A stretch of 64,000 nt of DNA from Octopus vulgaris (Eukaryota): NCBI GenBank assembly GCA_951406725.2, contig OX597815.1, positions 131,378,001 through 131,442,000 of the forward strand, in the 5' to 3' direction. Position 1 is the stretch's first letter; every line of letters starts with the position of its first letter. Positions 11,399 to 23,135 of this stretch are shown piece after piece. The position numbers were made by a program, and so were the translations under genes. The notes beneath the pieces were generated by a model. It saw nothing but the letters and a program-made list of their open reading frames with translations, was not told the origin of the DNA and did no database searches.

Positions 11399-11431
<33 letters not shown>

Positions 11432-12639
11432 TATAATAATGATAATAATGATAATAATGATGGTGATGAGGATGATGATGATGATGATGAGGATGATGAA
11501 GAAGAAGAAGAAGAAGAAGAAGAAGAAGAAGAAGAAATAATATATAGCATATATATGGTTACATGAAATAATAATATTGCGATATTATACGTGTCCAATC
11601 GCAAAGAATATTCCACAAATTTCATCAATTGCAGATATTGGTGCAAGGAAGAAATTTTCTTTCGTTCTTGTACTTGGTTTGCAAGATTCTTTAAGTGAAT
11701 TCGTGTGTTGAAGCAAGTTTCAATGTATCTAGGGAGAGTCCTTGTGTTTTAGTGTATTTTTATTTAACACACTCACCGGTTCGACTTCCACTCATTTACT
11801 TATTTTTAAAAAATTTTTGTAGCGTCAATAGTGATTGATTCTGTCCGTTATCGGAGCTGCATTCTTCTTGTTTGTTTGTTTGTTTGTGCGCATGCCTTTG
11901 CATCAGTGTGCATGCGCATATGCATACATAAGATTGAAGAAAATGTTTTACTAATATCTATAGACGCAAGCATGGCCGTTTGGTTGAGAGACCCGCTTTG
12001 CAACCACTCAGTAACGTGGTTTCAGGATTTTATCCACTTGCTCGACACTTTGGGTAAGTATCTGCGACTATAGCTCTGGGCAATTAATATTGTTTGTGAA
12101 TAAGTCAGCGAACTGGCAGAAACGTTAGCATACCGGGCGAAATGCTTAGCGGTATTTCGTCTGTCTTTACGATCTGGGTTCAAAATCTGCCAAGGTCGAC
12201 TTTACCTTCCATCCTTTCGGGGTCGATAAATTAAGTACCAGTTACGTATTGGGGACGATCTAATCGACTCCACCCAAATTTCAGGCATTATGCCTCTAGA
12301 AGAAAAGTATATGTTTTGTTAAATAGGCGATGAACTGGCAGAAACGCTAGCACGCCGAGCGAAATGCTTAGCGGTATTTCGTCTATCTTTATGTTCTGAG
12401 TTCAAAGTCCGACGAGGTCGATTTTTGCCTTTCATCTTTATATATTTCTTTATTCTTTTATTTCTTTCAGCCATTTGACTGCGGTCGTCCTGGAGCAGCA
12501 CTTTTCGTCGAACAAATTGACTCCCTAGTACTTAATGTATCGGCCAAGTTACAGGGACGTAAACACACCAACATCGTCAAGCGATGGTAAGGGACAGACA
12601 CTAACAAACATATACATACATATATATATATATATATAA

Positions 12640-12830
12640 CGTGGCACTCAGTCGGTTATGACGACGAGGGTTCCAGTTGATCACACCAACGGAACAGCTT
12701 GCTCGTGAAATTAACATGCAAGTGGCAGAGCACTCCACAGACACCTGTACACTTAACGTAGTTCTCGGGGAGATTCAGCGTGACACAGTGTGTGACAAGG
12801 CTGGCCCTTTGTAATACAGGTTCAAGAGAA
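12640..12830 (-). mobile_element. SINE family C, 3' part
   Basis: Reverse complement of the 3' half of 30951-31276. Confidence 0.8.
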
Positions 12831-12854
12831 ACAGGAAGAAAGAATAAGGGAAAG

Positions 12855-14278
12855 TTGTAGTGAAAGAGTACGTGCATCTGCTCTCTCCCCACGAACTCGA
12901 CCTGCAGTCTCCCGCCTCCCTTTTCCCCTCACCTACCACCCCACCACCCTACCTCTCCAACACGCCATTCTCCAAGCTTTCCGGCATCTCCAGTCCGACC
13001 CGTCCACTTCACACATCTTCCCTAACCGACCCATCCCCTCCTTCAAACGAGCCCACAACCTACGAGATCTCTTGGTCCACTGCTTCTTCTCCAACCCTAC
13101 CTCCTAACTAGACTCGTTCCCCTGCTCCCGCCCACGCTGCCGCACTTGGCCTTGCCTCTCCAACACCACCCTCCTCACCGGTACCCATCATTGACCCTAT
13201 CGCATCATCAACTCCTTCACCAGCACCTCCAGCAATATTATTATTGCATCTCCTGCTCTCTCTGTTATTCCCTGTACATCGGACAAACGGGACGTCGATT
13301 GGCTGACCGGTTCGCGGAGCACCTCCGAGACATCCACCTCTGCAATAACACCCCGGTCTCACGCCATTTCTGCTCCACTGGTCACTCCTTGCAACACCTG
13401 TCTGTGTTCGGATTGCCCTTGCACAGAGGCCACCCGGACTCCCGTTTGCACCGTGAACAGGGATTAATCTTCTCTCTTCGCTCTTTTATGCCGTTTGGGC
13501 TCAACTCTTCTCCCCGACTCCTACTTCTCTTCACTCCTACATCTTTTCACCCCTACTTTCTTTCCCTCTTCTCTCTTACTCTCTTTCTCTCTTCTCTCCT
13601 CCTCTCTCTCCTCACTTACCCACCTTCCCCTCCCCCATAAGCCCACCCACCCCCACACATTCCTACTCCACCTTCCCTTCCTTCCAATCCCCATCCTATC
13701 CCACACCCCCCACGTACCCCCCACGTACCCCACCCTCTGCCTACCCACAAACCCTAACTCTACCCCAACCCTCAGCCGAACCCACACCCCACCCGTGCTT
13801 TCCCCACTCTCGCCTCCTACACCTCGCAACAACATCACACCACACCACACCACACTACACTATACAACATTACACATCACATCAAAACACACCACCCACA
13901 CAACCACCAACACACCCATCCCCACATTTTCACTTACACATACATACACGCACACGTCCAGACCACCAGCTCTCTTTCACACACATATATACTCTCTTAT
14001 ACACACACGCACCTTCGTGCTGGGGGGGGGGGCGTCATATTTACTTTGTTATCTCCCCTACTTTCCTTCTCGTGTGTGACCCTTCTGTCCGAGTCAGACG
14101 CCATGATAGATCGTTAGCCACTACACACATTTTTTCTCTCCTTGTTTTCTGTGTCCCTTTTTGTAGAATAGCGTAGGTTCGAGACGTAAAAGACTTTCTA
14201 TTCCTGAGCGTTATACTTATACATCTGTTTGTTTTGTACACCACCTGTCTTCATCTTTTGGTTTTTTCGTAAACTCTC

Positions 14279-14280
<2 letters not shown>
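12855..14280 (+). mobile_element. 5'-truncated Penelope-like element (Neptune-like) with GIY-YIG endonuclease remnant and pLTR
   Basis: ORF 13146-13640 contains YCISCSLCYSLYIGQTGRRLADRFAEH...PVSRHF...HREQGLIFSLRSFMPFGLN. Upstream frames give the linker motifs PLTYHP and KRAHNLRDLLV. The element ends at (TA)n. Confidence 0.9.
14157..14192 (+). ncRNA. Degenerate minimal hammerhead in the pLTR
   Basis: CTTT-TTGTAGA-A-TAGC-GTAG-GTTC-GAGAC-GTA-AAAG. Stem I CTTT/AAAG is intact, but both core strands are mutated. Confidence 0.45.
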
Positions 14281-14320
<40 letters not shown>

Positions 14321-14941
14321 CGGATATCTTTCAGTTTCCGTCTACCAAATCCACTCACAAGGCTTTGGTGGGCCCGAAGCTATAGTAGAAGATACTTGCC
14401 CAAGGTGCCACGCAGTGCGACTGAACCCCGAACCACGTTGCTCGTAAACAAGCTACTTACCTCACAGTCACTCCTATTCCTATGACATATATATATACCT
14501 GACGACACATTTTAAAATCTTAGATAATAGTTAATTCTATTTAAATTGATAAAAATTATTTAACACAATCATTTAGAATGGTTATATGGAAAGATAAACG
14601 ATTAGAAGTGTTTGAAATCAAAGGAAGTCCATAGACATAATTATTTTCACTAATTCCCATTAATGGAAATAAAACTAAAGGGGTAGGGTGGGATGGGGGT
14701 GAAGGAGAGAACATAATGGAGACGAGGGAAGTATAGAAATGGATAAAAAAAGATAAGCCATAAAAATGGCTGAGGCTGGTGATAATCGAACTGAAACATA
14801 GCAATAAAAACAAATGCATGGATGTGTGGTTAAGAAGCACAATTTGCAACCACGACGTTTCGGGGGTTCATTTCAATAATTTGCATCTTGGGTGTCTTCT
14901 GCTATCGTCTAGAGACAACAAATGCTTTTCGAATGAATACT

Positions 14942-14983
<42 letters not shown>

Positions 14984-15165
14984 TAGTCATGTATGTATGT
15001 TTGTATAGGTGCAGACGTGGGTGAGTGATAAAAATTTTGCTTCTTAACACCTTCATTCCGGGTTCAGTCACACAGCGTGGCAATTTGGATTTTACCATTG
15101 CCTCAGACCGACGAAATCCTTCGAGTGGATTTGGTAAATTTGGAAACTGAAACCGCACCAGAAAA

Positions 15166-15240
<75 letters not shown>

Positions 15241-15319
15241 ATAAGATCGTTATTTAATATACCGATCATATCACGTGGCCAGCATGGGAATAAAAACCTT
15301 GTAGGTAATAATCATTGTT

Positions 15320-15664
15320 AAAATTATAATTAAGGGTATCTAAAAGATAGCAGTCATAACGTGACTATATATATATAACATACGAGTGCTTACATTTACG
15401 CACGTATACACACATACATATGTATGTATGCACATGGCCCGTTTAATTGCCTATCTAAACTTTACGTGTATATCCCACCAATGAGTATATTTTTATGCAA
15501 GGTCAGAAATCTCGATCTGGGATTATCCAATAATTTTTTGCTAGTTTACTTGTCTATTTGTCTTTTCTCCTGGTGCTGTATGAATACTTGATGTGGTTTT
15601 AGAATCAAGTTTTGACTGCTATCTCTAGCATGGTGATATTTTTTAGATACCCTTAATTATAATT

Positions 15665-15666
<2 letters not shown>
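15320..15666. repeat. Inverted pair of element ends
   Basis: AAAATTATAATTAAGGGTATCTAAAA..GATAGCAGTCA at 15320-15356 and its reverse complement (with an insertion) at 15613-15666. Confidence 0.8.
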
Positions 15667-15712
<46 letters not shown>

Positions 15713-15716
<4 letters not shown>

Positions 15717-16211
15717 CAACAAGATTTTATATTTTGGACATGGAATTACCCAGTTATCGCATTTCGCAACCAAAAAGCTAAAGACTTATGGACAGCTATT
15801 AAGACTCTATGAATACAAAATTTTAAAATATCTACGTCGCAGACGTGAGGAACTCGAGCAATACGCATAAACGTTAATGGTTAATGGGTATTAACTCGGA
15901 GAGGCCTAATGATCAAACGAGGAGACCAATTTTCTAGTAAGCAGATAGAAAATTGGATCTCGCCGTTTGATCATTAGGCCTCTCCGACTATATAATTTTT
16001 TTTAAAATATTCCTCTGTTTAAGGGGAAATGACCCGTACTCATTAATGTCTTTTTGAATTGCTCGAGTTCTAAGCGTTTCCTCACGTCTGAGACGTAGAT
16101 CTTTTAAAATTTTCTATTCATATAGTCTCACGAGCTATCCACAAGGCTTTAGCTTTGTGGGTGCGAAACCTTGGGTAACTCTATGTCGCAGACACAAAAT
16201 TCTGTTGTAAT
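15713..16211. repeat. ~500-bp imperfect fold-back element between (TA)n tracts
   Basis: The arms are complementary from ATTACAAC (15713) to GTTGTAAT (16211). The inner hairpin at 15896-15987 is nearly perfect. Confidence 0.9.
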
Positions 16212-16293
16212 AATTACTGCTCTATATTTTTAAAGTGTGCTTCAATATTTAGAGTGTACTTTATTCTGATATATGTTTCTTTTATTTACCTGA

Positions 16294-16327
<34 letters not shown>

Positions 16328-16333
<6 letters not shown>

Positions 16334-18854
16334 GATTAGAGATAAAATATAGATTAGAGATAAAACCACTATTATGCAACTCAAATAGTGATAGACATAA
16401 ACCAAAACAAAAGAACAAATATTATAAATCATATAGCTAGATCTCAAAAGTATAAAAATGAATAATCAATATATAATAAGTAAACAAACTACGTACGTTT
16501 CATGGCTACAATTAAATTCGAATTACAATTAAGTGTAAATTCAATTGAAATAAATTCGATTTAAAATTATAGTCAATCTTTAGGTTAATGATAATAGTTA
16601 AATAAATAAGCAAATAGAATTAAACAATATTTATTTAAAAAATATATAACATAATTTTTCTTATAGAAAAAACTCCATTAACTAAATTTGAAACTTCAAA
16701 CATTAGGATTATTTCCTACAACACATTTATTATGTTTAATATTTAATATTTAAGGTATAAAAAATAGATAGAAATATGTATTTATCTGTGAAGATATAAT
16801 TTGGCTCAAACAAACTTTAATAAACTATCGAATATCTTTAACTCAGTTATACTCCAATATTTAATTACCAAATTATTTAACAAAATAATCACTATTAATA
16901 TTTTTAGATTTAAGTTCGCATATAATAATTATAATATAATAAATACATAAAAATAAGTATCTAAATTATAATCAACAAATATATTAATTAAAAATCTAAA
17001 ATTTTCTTTATCAATAAATGTATAAACATATAACCAAGAATAAATTAGTCCATTATTACATAAATATTATAGATATCTATAGAATATATTTATGAAATAC
17101 ATTTTAAGATTGAAAATTTCAGATTAAAATCGTATAACCTATATTTATAATATACTTATTATTACTATTATCATCACTATTATCATCATTATTATCAAAA
17201 ACATTTATACGATATATATCACAAAGTGACTAACTAAGATCTTAAAATTTACGTCCAGTTATAATAACTATATACTAGTAATAATTAAATAAATGTACAT
17301 ATCTAAATTACCATTAACAACTAAAATAATTATAAAATCAAGTTCAAAAATTAATAGTTAGATAGAATACTATGATATTTCTTAAATAAAAATGTTTACT
17401 TATCTCTCATTAACTAAAATTTCAAAACGGAAAACGTCTTTTCAAGCGTTTATAAGAAAACTCGCGGAATTACGTTATTAACAGAAATAGAACATATAGA
17501 TGGAAATATACATTTATCAATGAAAACTACGAATATATTATAGCTTTAATAGATAAAGAGAACAAGGTCACTAATGGAGAATAAAATCACTATACACTAT
17601 AATATCTTCCACTATAAACTTAAAATTTACTACGATAAATTATATTCAATACTCTATAAATTAAAATAATATGTATAACTACTATTTACTGTATATTCTC
17701 TAATAATCTTATACAAATTAATTTATTTCATACTTATATAAAAAATATGGTTACGTTGGAGTCAAATCTTTATTTAAATAAAATAACTTTTAGACACATT
17801 CAATATTAACTCAGTAGTAATTCAATCAGTATCTATATTATAACTACTAATAAATAAACTTAAGTTACTTTAAAAACTATAAGGTAATTAAAATTCATTA
17901 ATAAATAATATTAATTAATTAATGAAATAAACATCTAAATAAATCTACTTCGAAATATATAGTATAAATACAATTTGATTAATATAAAAAAAAATATTAC
18001 AAACTATAAACTTAACTGTCGTTTATAACAAATATATATTATATATCATATTAAAACTCAAAACAAATTCAAAAATAACATATTAAACTTATTATATAGG
18101 TAAAGTAATTTATATTTAGATCAAATACTTCACTCATTAATTTAATAAATAAAGTACATATCATTATTATAAATAAATAGTAGATAAAGTAAAAATTAAT
18201 TTACTACATATTCCAAATTATTTATTTAACGTTACTAAAACTATTACCAAAAACATATATATACGTAATACTATTTATTTTAGTAGACATATAATAAGCA
18301 TAATAATAATAACAATATTAACCACCAAAAACATGAAATAACTATCTTTTAATCTATATTCATTAAATATATATTTAATAATAAAATAAGCATCTAAATA
18401 TAATGTAACTCTAAGTATTTAAAGAACCTTTACGAACTCTTATTGTCTTATATTCAAACCACCTACAGAAGTGCAATCGTAACACTTCTATAATTAATTA
18501 ATTAATTAACTAACTAATTTAATAATTTAATAAAAATGTTAATTTAAACTTATTAAATTATGTAATATACAACATAAAATCACTTGCAAAATTTTAGAAT
18601 TAATGCTAATACAAAATATAACTACAAATTAGAAACAAAATAGGGTTTAAATATAGAAGCTATTTATCTAAAAATTTATTGTATAAGTAAGGTAATTTGT
18701 GTCTACATTTAATATTATGCTCGTCCAATGAATTAACTAATTTTTTATGATTATTAAATAATATTTCTTTAAATTCACTAGAACATAAAAAACAGGAATT
18801 ACTACCTATACCATATGATTTCGCCTTACAAATTATCTCCCACTTTAAATTATA

Positions 18855-18858
<4 letters not shown>
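16328..18858 (-). mobile_element. Penelope-like element 3' portion: GIY-YIG C-terminus plus ~2.3-kb extremely AT-rich tail with terminal hammerhead
   Basis: ORF 18660-18956 ends KYNLKWEIICKAKSYGIGSNSCFLCSSE..IL..LVNSLDEHNIKCRHK, matching the W..I..A..Y...CxLC..E...LN..E...CRH pattern of PLE endonucleases. It is flanked by (TA)n, and the same terminal sequence recurs at ~59250. Confidence 0.75.
16487..16586 (-). ncRNA. Type I hammerhead with long stem II (core G5->A, probably inactive)
   Basis: Minus strand AAC-CTAAAGA-T-TGACTATAATT...AATTGTAGCCA-T-GAAAC-GTAC-GTA/GTT, with palindromic stem III ACGTACGT. Confidence 0.65.
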
Positions 18859-18921
<63 letters not shown>

Positions 18922-19067
18922 CTATGTATGTATATATAAATGGAACAAAAATGCAATAGAAGGCATTAAAACGTTCGGGCAGATAGACGACACAAAGGCG
19001 ACAAGATAAACAACAATTAGAAGTACAGGCAAAAAAAGGGGACATACGGGTCATTCTTGGCTTTCTT

Positions 19068-19140
19068 TCTTCAGTCAAGTACAAGAAGTCACGACCATTT
19101 CGGAGAGTTTCACATGAGATGGTTCGATATGGTTGTCTCC
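19068..19140 (-). ncRNA. Rearranged hammerhead-like ribozyme, copy 3
   Basis: Minus strand GGAGA...ACCA-TC-TCATGT...TCTCC-GAAA-TGGT...ACTTGA-CTGAAGA. Confidence 0.7.
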
Positions 19141-19652
19141 CCAAAAAGTCTAAGCTAAGAGCATTATACCCCTTTGTAAGAAAGCTACTGAATGTGTACG
19201 GCAACAAAGATAAAGAAAGGAAAGAACGGAGAACATAGTACACAATTACAAATAGAACAACAAGAAATAACAAACGTCGTCTTTCGACTGAGAACGATTC
19301 AATTTGAGCTGGTGTGTATGAAGTAAAATGGACACAAGACGTGTTGACGGTCGGCAGTCAGGCCAAGAAAGAAAGATCATGGCTTGCCGGACACCTGTCA
19401 CGTGGAAGGAGGAGAGATGGGTAGGGGACAGCAATATTGGTGGATTAGAAAAAATTACAGATAAAGGGAAAGGTGCAAGGGAGATAAACGAATGGGAAAT
19501 AGTGGGAGTTAAAGACAGGGCCAAGAAATATGACAGAGGAGAAGAGAGAGAAAGGAATAAAAATGAGAGGGGGAATAAAACATCAAATAAGAGTCGTACA
19601 AAATTTAGATACATACCTACTATAAGGTGAGCACAAGGGTGTACGTACGCCG

Positions 19653-19728
<76 letters not shown>

Positions 19729-19849
19729 AACAAAAACGCAATAGAGGGTATTAAAACGTTCGGACAGATAGACGATACAAAGGCGGACAAGGAAACAACA
19801 ATTAGACGGCAAGGGCGAAAAAAAAAGACGGGTCATTCCTGGCTTTCTT

Positions 19850-19920
19850 TCACCAGTCAAGTACTAGAAGTCACAAGCATTTCGGACAGTAACACTTGAG
19901 ATGGTTCGATCTGGTTATCC
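19850..19920 (-). ncRNA. Rearranged hammerhead-like ribozyme, copy 4 (core CUGGUGA)
   Basis: Minus strand GGATA...ACCA-TC-TCAAGT...TGTCC-GAAA-TGCT...ACTTGA-CTGGTGA. Confidence 0.6.
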
Positions 19921-20090
19921 CAGGCGCAGCCGTCGCTGTGTGGTAAGATGCTTGCTTCCCAAGCACATGGTTCCGGGTTCAGTCCCACTGTATGGCACCT
20001 TTGACCAGAGTCATCTACTATAGCCTTAGGCCGACTAAAGCATTGTGAGTAGATTTGGTAGACGGAAACTAAAAGAAGCCCGTCGTATTT
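19921..20090 (+). mobile_element. SINE family A, 5' half
   Basis: tRNA-like head with GGTTCAGTCCC, and body as in 49787-50190. Confidence 0.85.
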
Positions 20091-20153
20091 ATATTTGTAT
20101 ATAAATTTATATTTGTATATATAAGTTGGTTATATGCTGAGACTAAAGTTGGG

Positions 20154-20465
20154 TTATATACTGAGACCGAAGTTGGTTTTCATATTTAGGTGTGTTCTGT
20201 ATTTTTCGATAAATAAATTTTCATTGTTTAAACGTACATGTACAAAACTTGTTTCTTTGCACTGGTAGATGGGGAAAACGGTGAACTTCGGTTGCATATT
20301 ACTTTCACACCACTCTATAATTTCATTAAAAGGAATCTGTCTGTATTTTGGAAAATGGATCTGTTCCTCATGTAGTGTGGTTCTCCATCTAAGTGCCATA
20401 CAAGTTATATATTAGATTCTCAGAGGCACAAGTGAAGTTGGTTTTAATTGTGAACCTCTCTCCTT
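20154..20465 (-). mobile_element. PLE GIY-YIG fragment
   Basis: RFTIKTNFTCASENLI / LRWRTTLHEEQIHFPKYRQIP..., homologous to the GIY-YIG at 41560-41880. Confidence 0.8.
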
Positions 20466-20469
20466 CTGA

Positions 20470-20812
20470 ACCACATATTCCAGGATCAGTCCTACTGCGT
20501 GCCACCTTGGGTAAGTGTCTTCTACTATAGGGTCGGGCCGACCAAAGCCTTGTTAGTGGATTTTGTAGACAGAAACTGAAAAGAAGCCTGTCGTATTATG
20601 TTTGTGCGTGTGTGTTTGTCTCCCAACATCGCTTGACAACAGATGTTGGTGTGTTTATATCACCGTACCTTACCGCTTCGGCCAAAGAAACCGATGAAAT
20701 AAGTACTAGCCTTACAAAGAGTAAGGCCTGGTGCCTACTTGTTCGACTAAAAGCGGTGCTCCAAAATGGACGCAGTCAAATGACTGAAACACGTAAAAGA
20801 AGAAAAATATAG
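20470..20812 (+). mobile_element. SINE family A
   Basis: Matches 49787-50190. Confidence 0.85.
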
Positions 20813-20865
20813 AAAAGTATAGAATACACTATTAGCATAATGTAAAATTATTTTCATTATCCACG

Positions 20866-21130
20866 TGATCACGTGACCGACGAGGCTCTCAAATGTTACA
20901 CATCGTTGGTCACAGTGAAATGCGCTTTTGCATTGTTTTAGCCGTGAAATGACGCCACCCCGATGGCTAGGCGAGCAGGCCAACATCATTCCCTGATAGA
21001 AGGGGGACTGGAGTAACGTAAAATGAAGTGTTTTGCTTGAGAACACAACGCGCGGGCCAGTTTGGGAATCGAACCCATTATCTAGTGATCGTGAGTGCAA
21101 CAGCTGACCACTAGGACAAGTACCTTTACG
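20866..21130 (-). mobile_element. SINE family D (family C head, different tail)
   Basis: Same head as 30951. The tail TGATCACGTGACCGAC...GACGCCACCCCG recurs at 51775-51897 and 61730-61995. Confidence 0.75.
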
Positions 21131-22355
21131 CTTTTATTATAACTGAACATAAAATCAGACACATACACATATATAAAGTCACCCGTCAGTAAATCAAAAT
21201 TCCGTAAATATTATCTGTAATCCTGTATTGACTCGAATGGAAAAGTGTGACGCTCAAGAATTTCAGTTTTAACAAATATTCATGATGTTTCATATTTAGA
21301 TGTTTTTATTAAATTCATTCGGTTGTTAAATATAAATAAACCTTGGTTTTGATTTAGTGTCAGGTGACTTTTGGCCACACCCACAAAAACACACACACAC
21401 ATATACGTAACAGAATAAGAAATAGAAAATCCTTGGTACAGTATTTTATATTTGAAAAAAATGCATAGAAATGGCTCTTCCGATAATTTTTCCACTTTAA
21501 TAATTAGATGTTTATAAGTATTATATTAAAGAGGAAAAAATATCGGAAAAGCTATTTCTATTCATTTTTCGAACATATGTGTGTGTGTAAAATTTCTGTA
21601 TGTGCTAATCCTCCTTCCGTACCATGTTCTCCCCCCATACATAAAGAGGATGTGCCAGAGGTATTTATAAAAAATGTGAGAGATCATAAGATAGTGGTAC
21701 TGAAGGCAATTTTACCGAAGACGCAGAAAAAATATATAACTTTTGATCAATAATATAGAAAGCGTTATCTTAGTAGACGGGGAATGAATAACCGAAGAGA
21801 ATGACCAATCTTCAAAGGATATGTTCAGGTAAGACATCTCTACTGGTTAGTATATGGACTGTAAATGAATGTTACTTCTAAAGTGAAACATTTTACGCTG
21901 ATATATATGTTGTAATAATATAATTCTATTTTCACATTATTTTTATTAAGCTTTCTATAAAAAAAAAAAACTGAATGATTTGCATGATATATTACACTAT
22001 ACTGTATAATTTAATGTATTACGTCTATAATTTAACTTTGATGTGTAAGAAATAGCAAATGATTTTATTCTGGTTCGCCTCACCGCACGAGCTTTTAGAG
22101 CTTATAGAAGATAACACCTTAACAGCTTTAATTTACATGCGAAGACCTAACATAACTATGAAAACGTTAGGATCGTCGACTTTACTGGCTTCACCTGATT
22201 TAGAATAAAAAGAAATACAGCATATTAATATAGACATATAAACATACAGACACATACCCATTTACACACGCGTGCACACGCACACACACACATGTTTATA
22301 TTAGCACGATAATATATGTGTATATATTATCTAGCTAATATATATATATATATAT

Positions 22356-22651
22356 AATCAAAATAAGCAACAGGATATCAAGTGGTGTTCCAGTACGAAC
22401 CTTTCAAGTGGCTCCATTTAATTGAACAATGCAATCATTACATCAATTTAAATGCAGTGCCATCATCAGCTGCACAAATAAATAAACAGAATTTTAACCA
22501 GTTGGACACATTAATATAATTTTAATCAAATACTTTAACAGAGCAAGAAGATGGAAGAAATTCATGTTGTAGCTATTGTAGCTAAGAATAGACTACTGCT
22601 TGAAACGGTCGGATTGCATGACTCCTGGATATCCTGTTGCTTATTATGATT
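22356..22651. mobile_element. Inverted pair of hammerhead-bearing PLE-type ends
   Basis: Terminal inverted repeats AATCA(A/T)AATAAGCAACAGGATATC, with hammerhead motifs on both strands. Confidence 0.6.
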
Positions 22652-22751
22652 TTATTCACCTTGGATAATACAGGACTGACTTGGTGCTTCAACTGAAGTA
22701 CCTAATTCAACTGAATCTCAATTATTTCTGTATACACCCACCCTCATGGAG

Positions 22752-23023
22752 ATTAGATGTTAATATGGATAATATTTATTATTACTCAGTTCTGTACGAA
22801 ACAACTGTGTAATTATTACACATCAAATAATAATTACACAGTTGTTTCGTACAGAAAGATAACATATTCACATTTGAGGATCTGAGTTGTCAGAAAGTTT
22901 TTAAGCTACCGATAGTACTTTCCGACAACTCAGATCCTCAGATATCAACGTCTTGACTTTCTGCACGAAACAATTGTATAGCAGCATGAGTAGTAAAAAC
23001 TATTAAGTATATTGATATCTAAT
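22752..23023. repeat. Multi-hairpin fold-back
   Basis: Perfect 29-bp inverted repeat (22790-22818/22828-22856), a second ~24-bp hairpin at 22875-22940, and complementary outer arms. Confidence 0.9.
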
Positions 23024-23135
23024 ATAGATAATATTAGACATCCATATTTATATATATTTATATTTTTATTTACATTTTATCTAGTTTCAGCTCATAAGCT
23101 GTGGCCATGCTGGGGCACCGCCGTTAAAATGGAGA

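Larger units (their letters stand above)
18920..19920 (-). mobile_element. Partial-tandem non-coding unit, subfamily 2 (partial 19726-19920 plus full ~730-bp 18920-19652)
   Basis: Two diverged copies separated by (TA)n. Collinear blocks shared with 9350-10165 include GCGGC(G)TACGTA, TGTACG(A/G)CTC, CACGTGAC, CAACACGT, GTCGAAAGACG, GCTTAGA and CCCGT. Confidence 0.8.

Noticed and set aside
16600-18650. Mitochondrial insertion (NUMT) or contaminant
   Set aside because: No mitochondrial gene or tRNA is recognisable, and the block is bounded by a PLE endonuclease end and a hammerhead.
21600-21835. Plus-strand exon ending at CAG|GTAAGA (~21828)
   Set aside because: Stops occur in all frames just upstream and I identified no partner exon.
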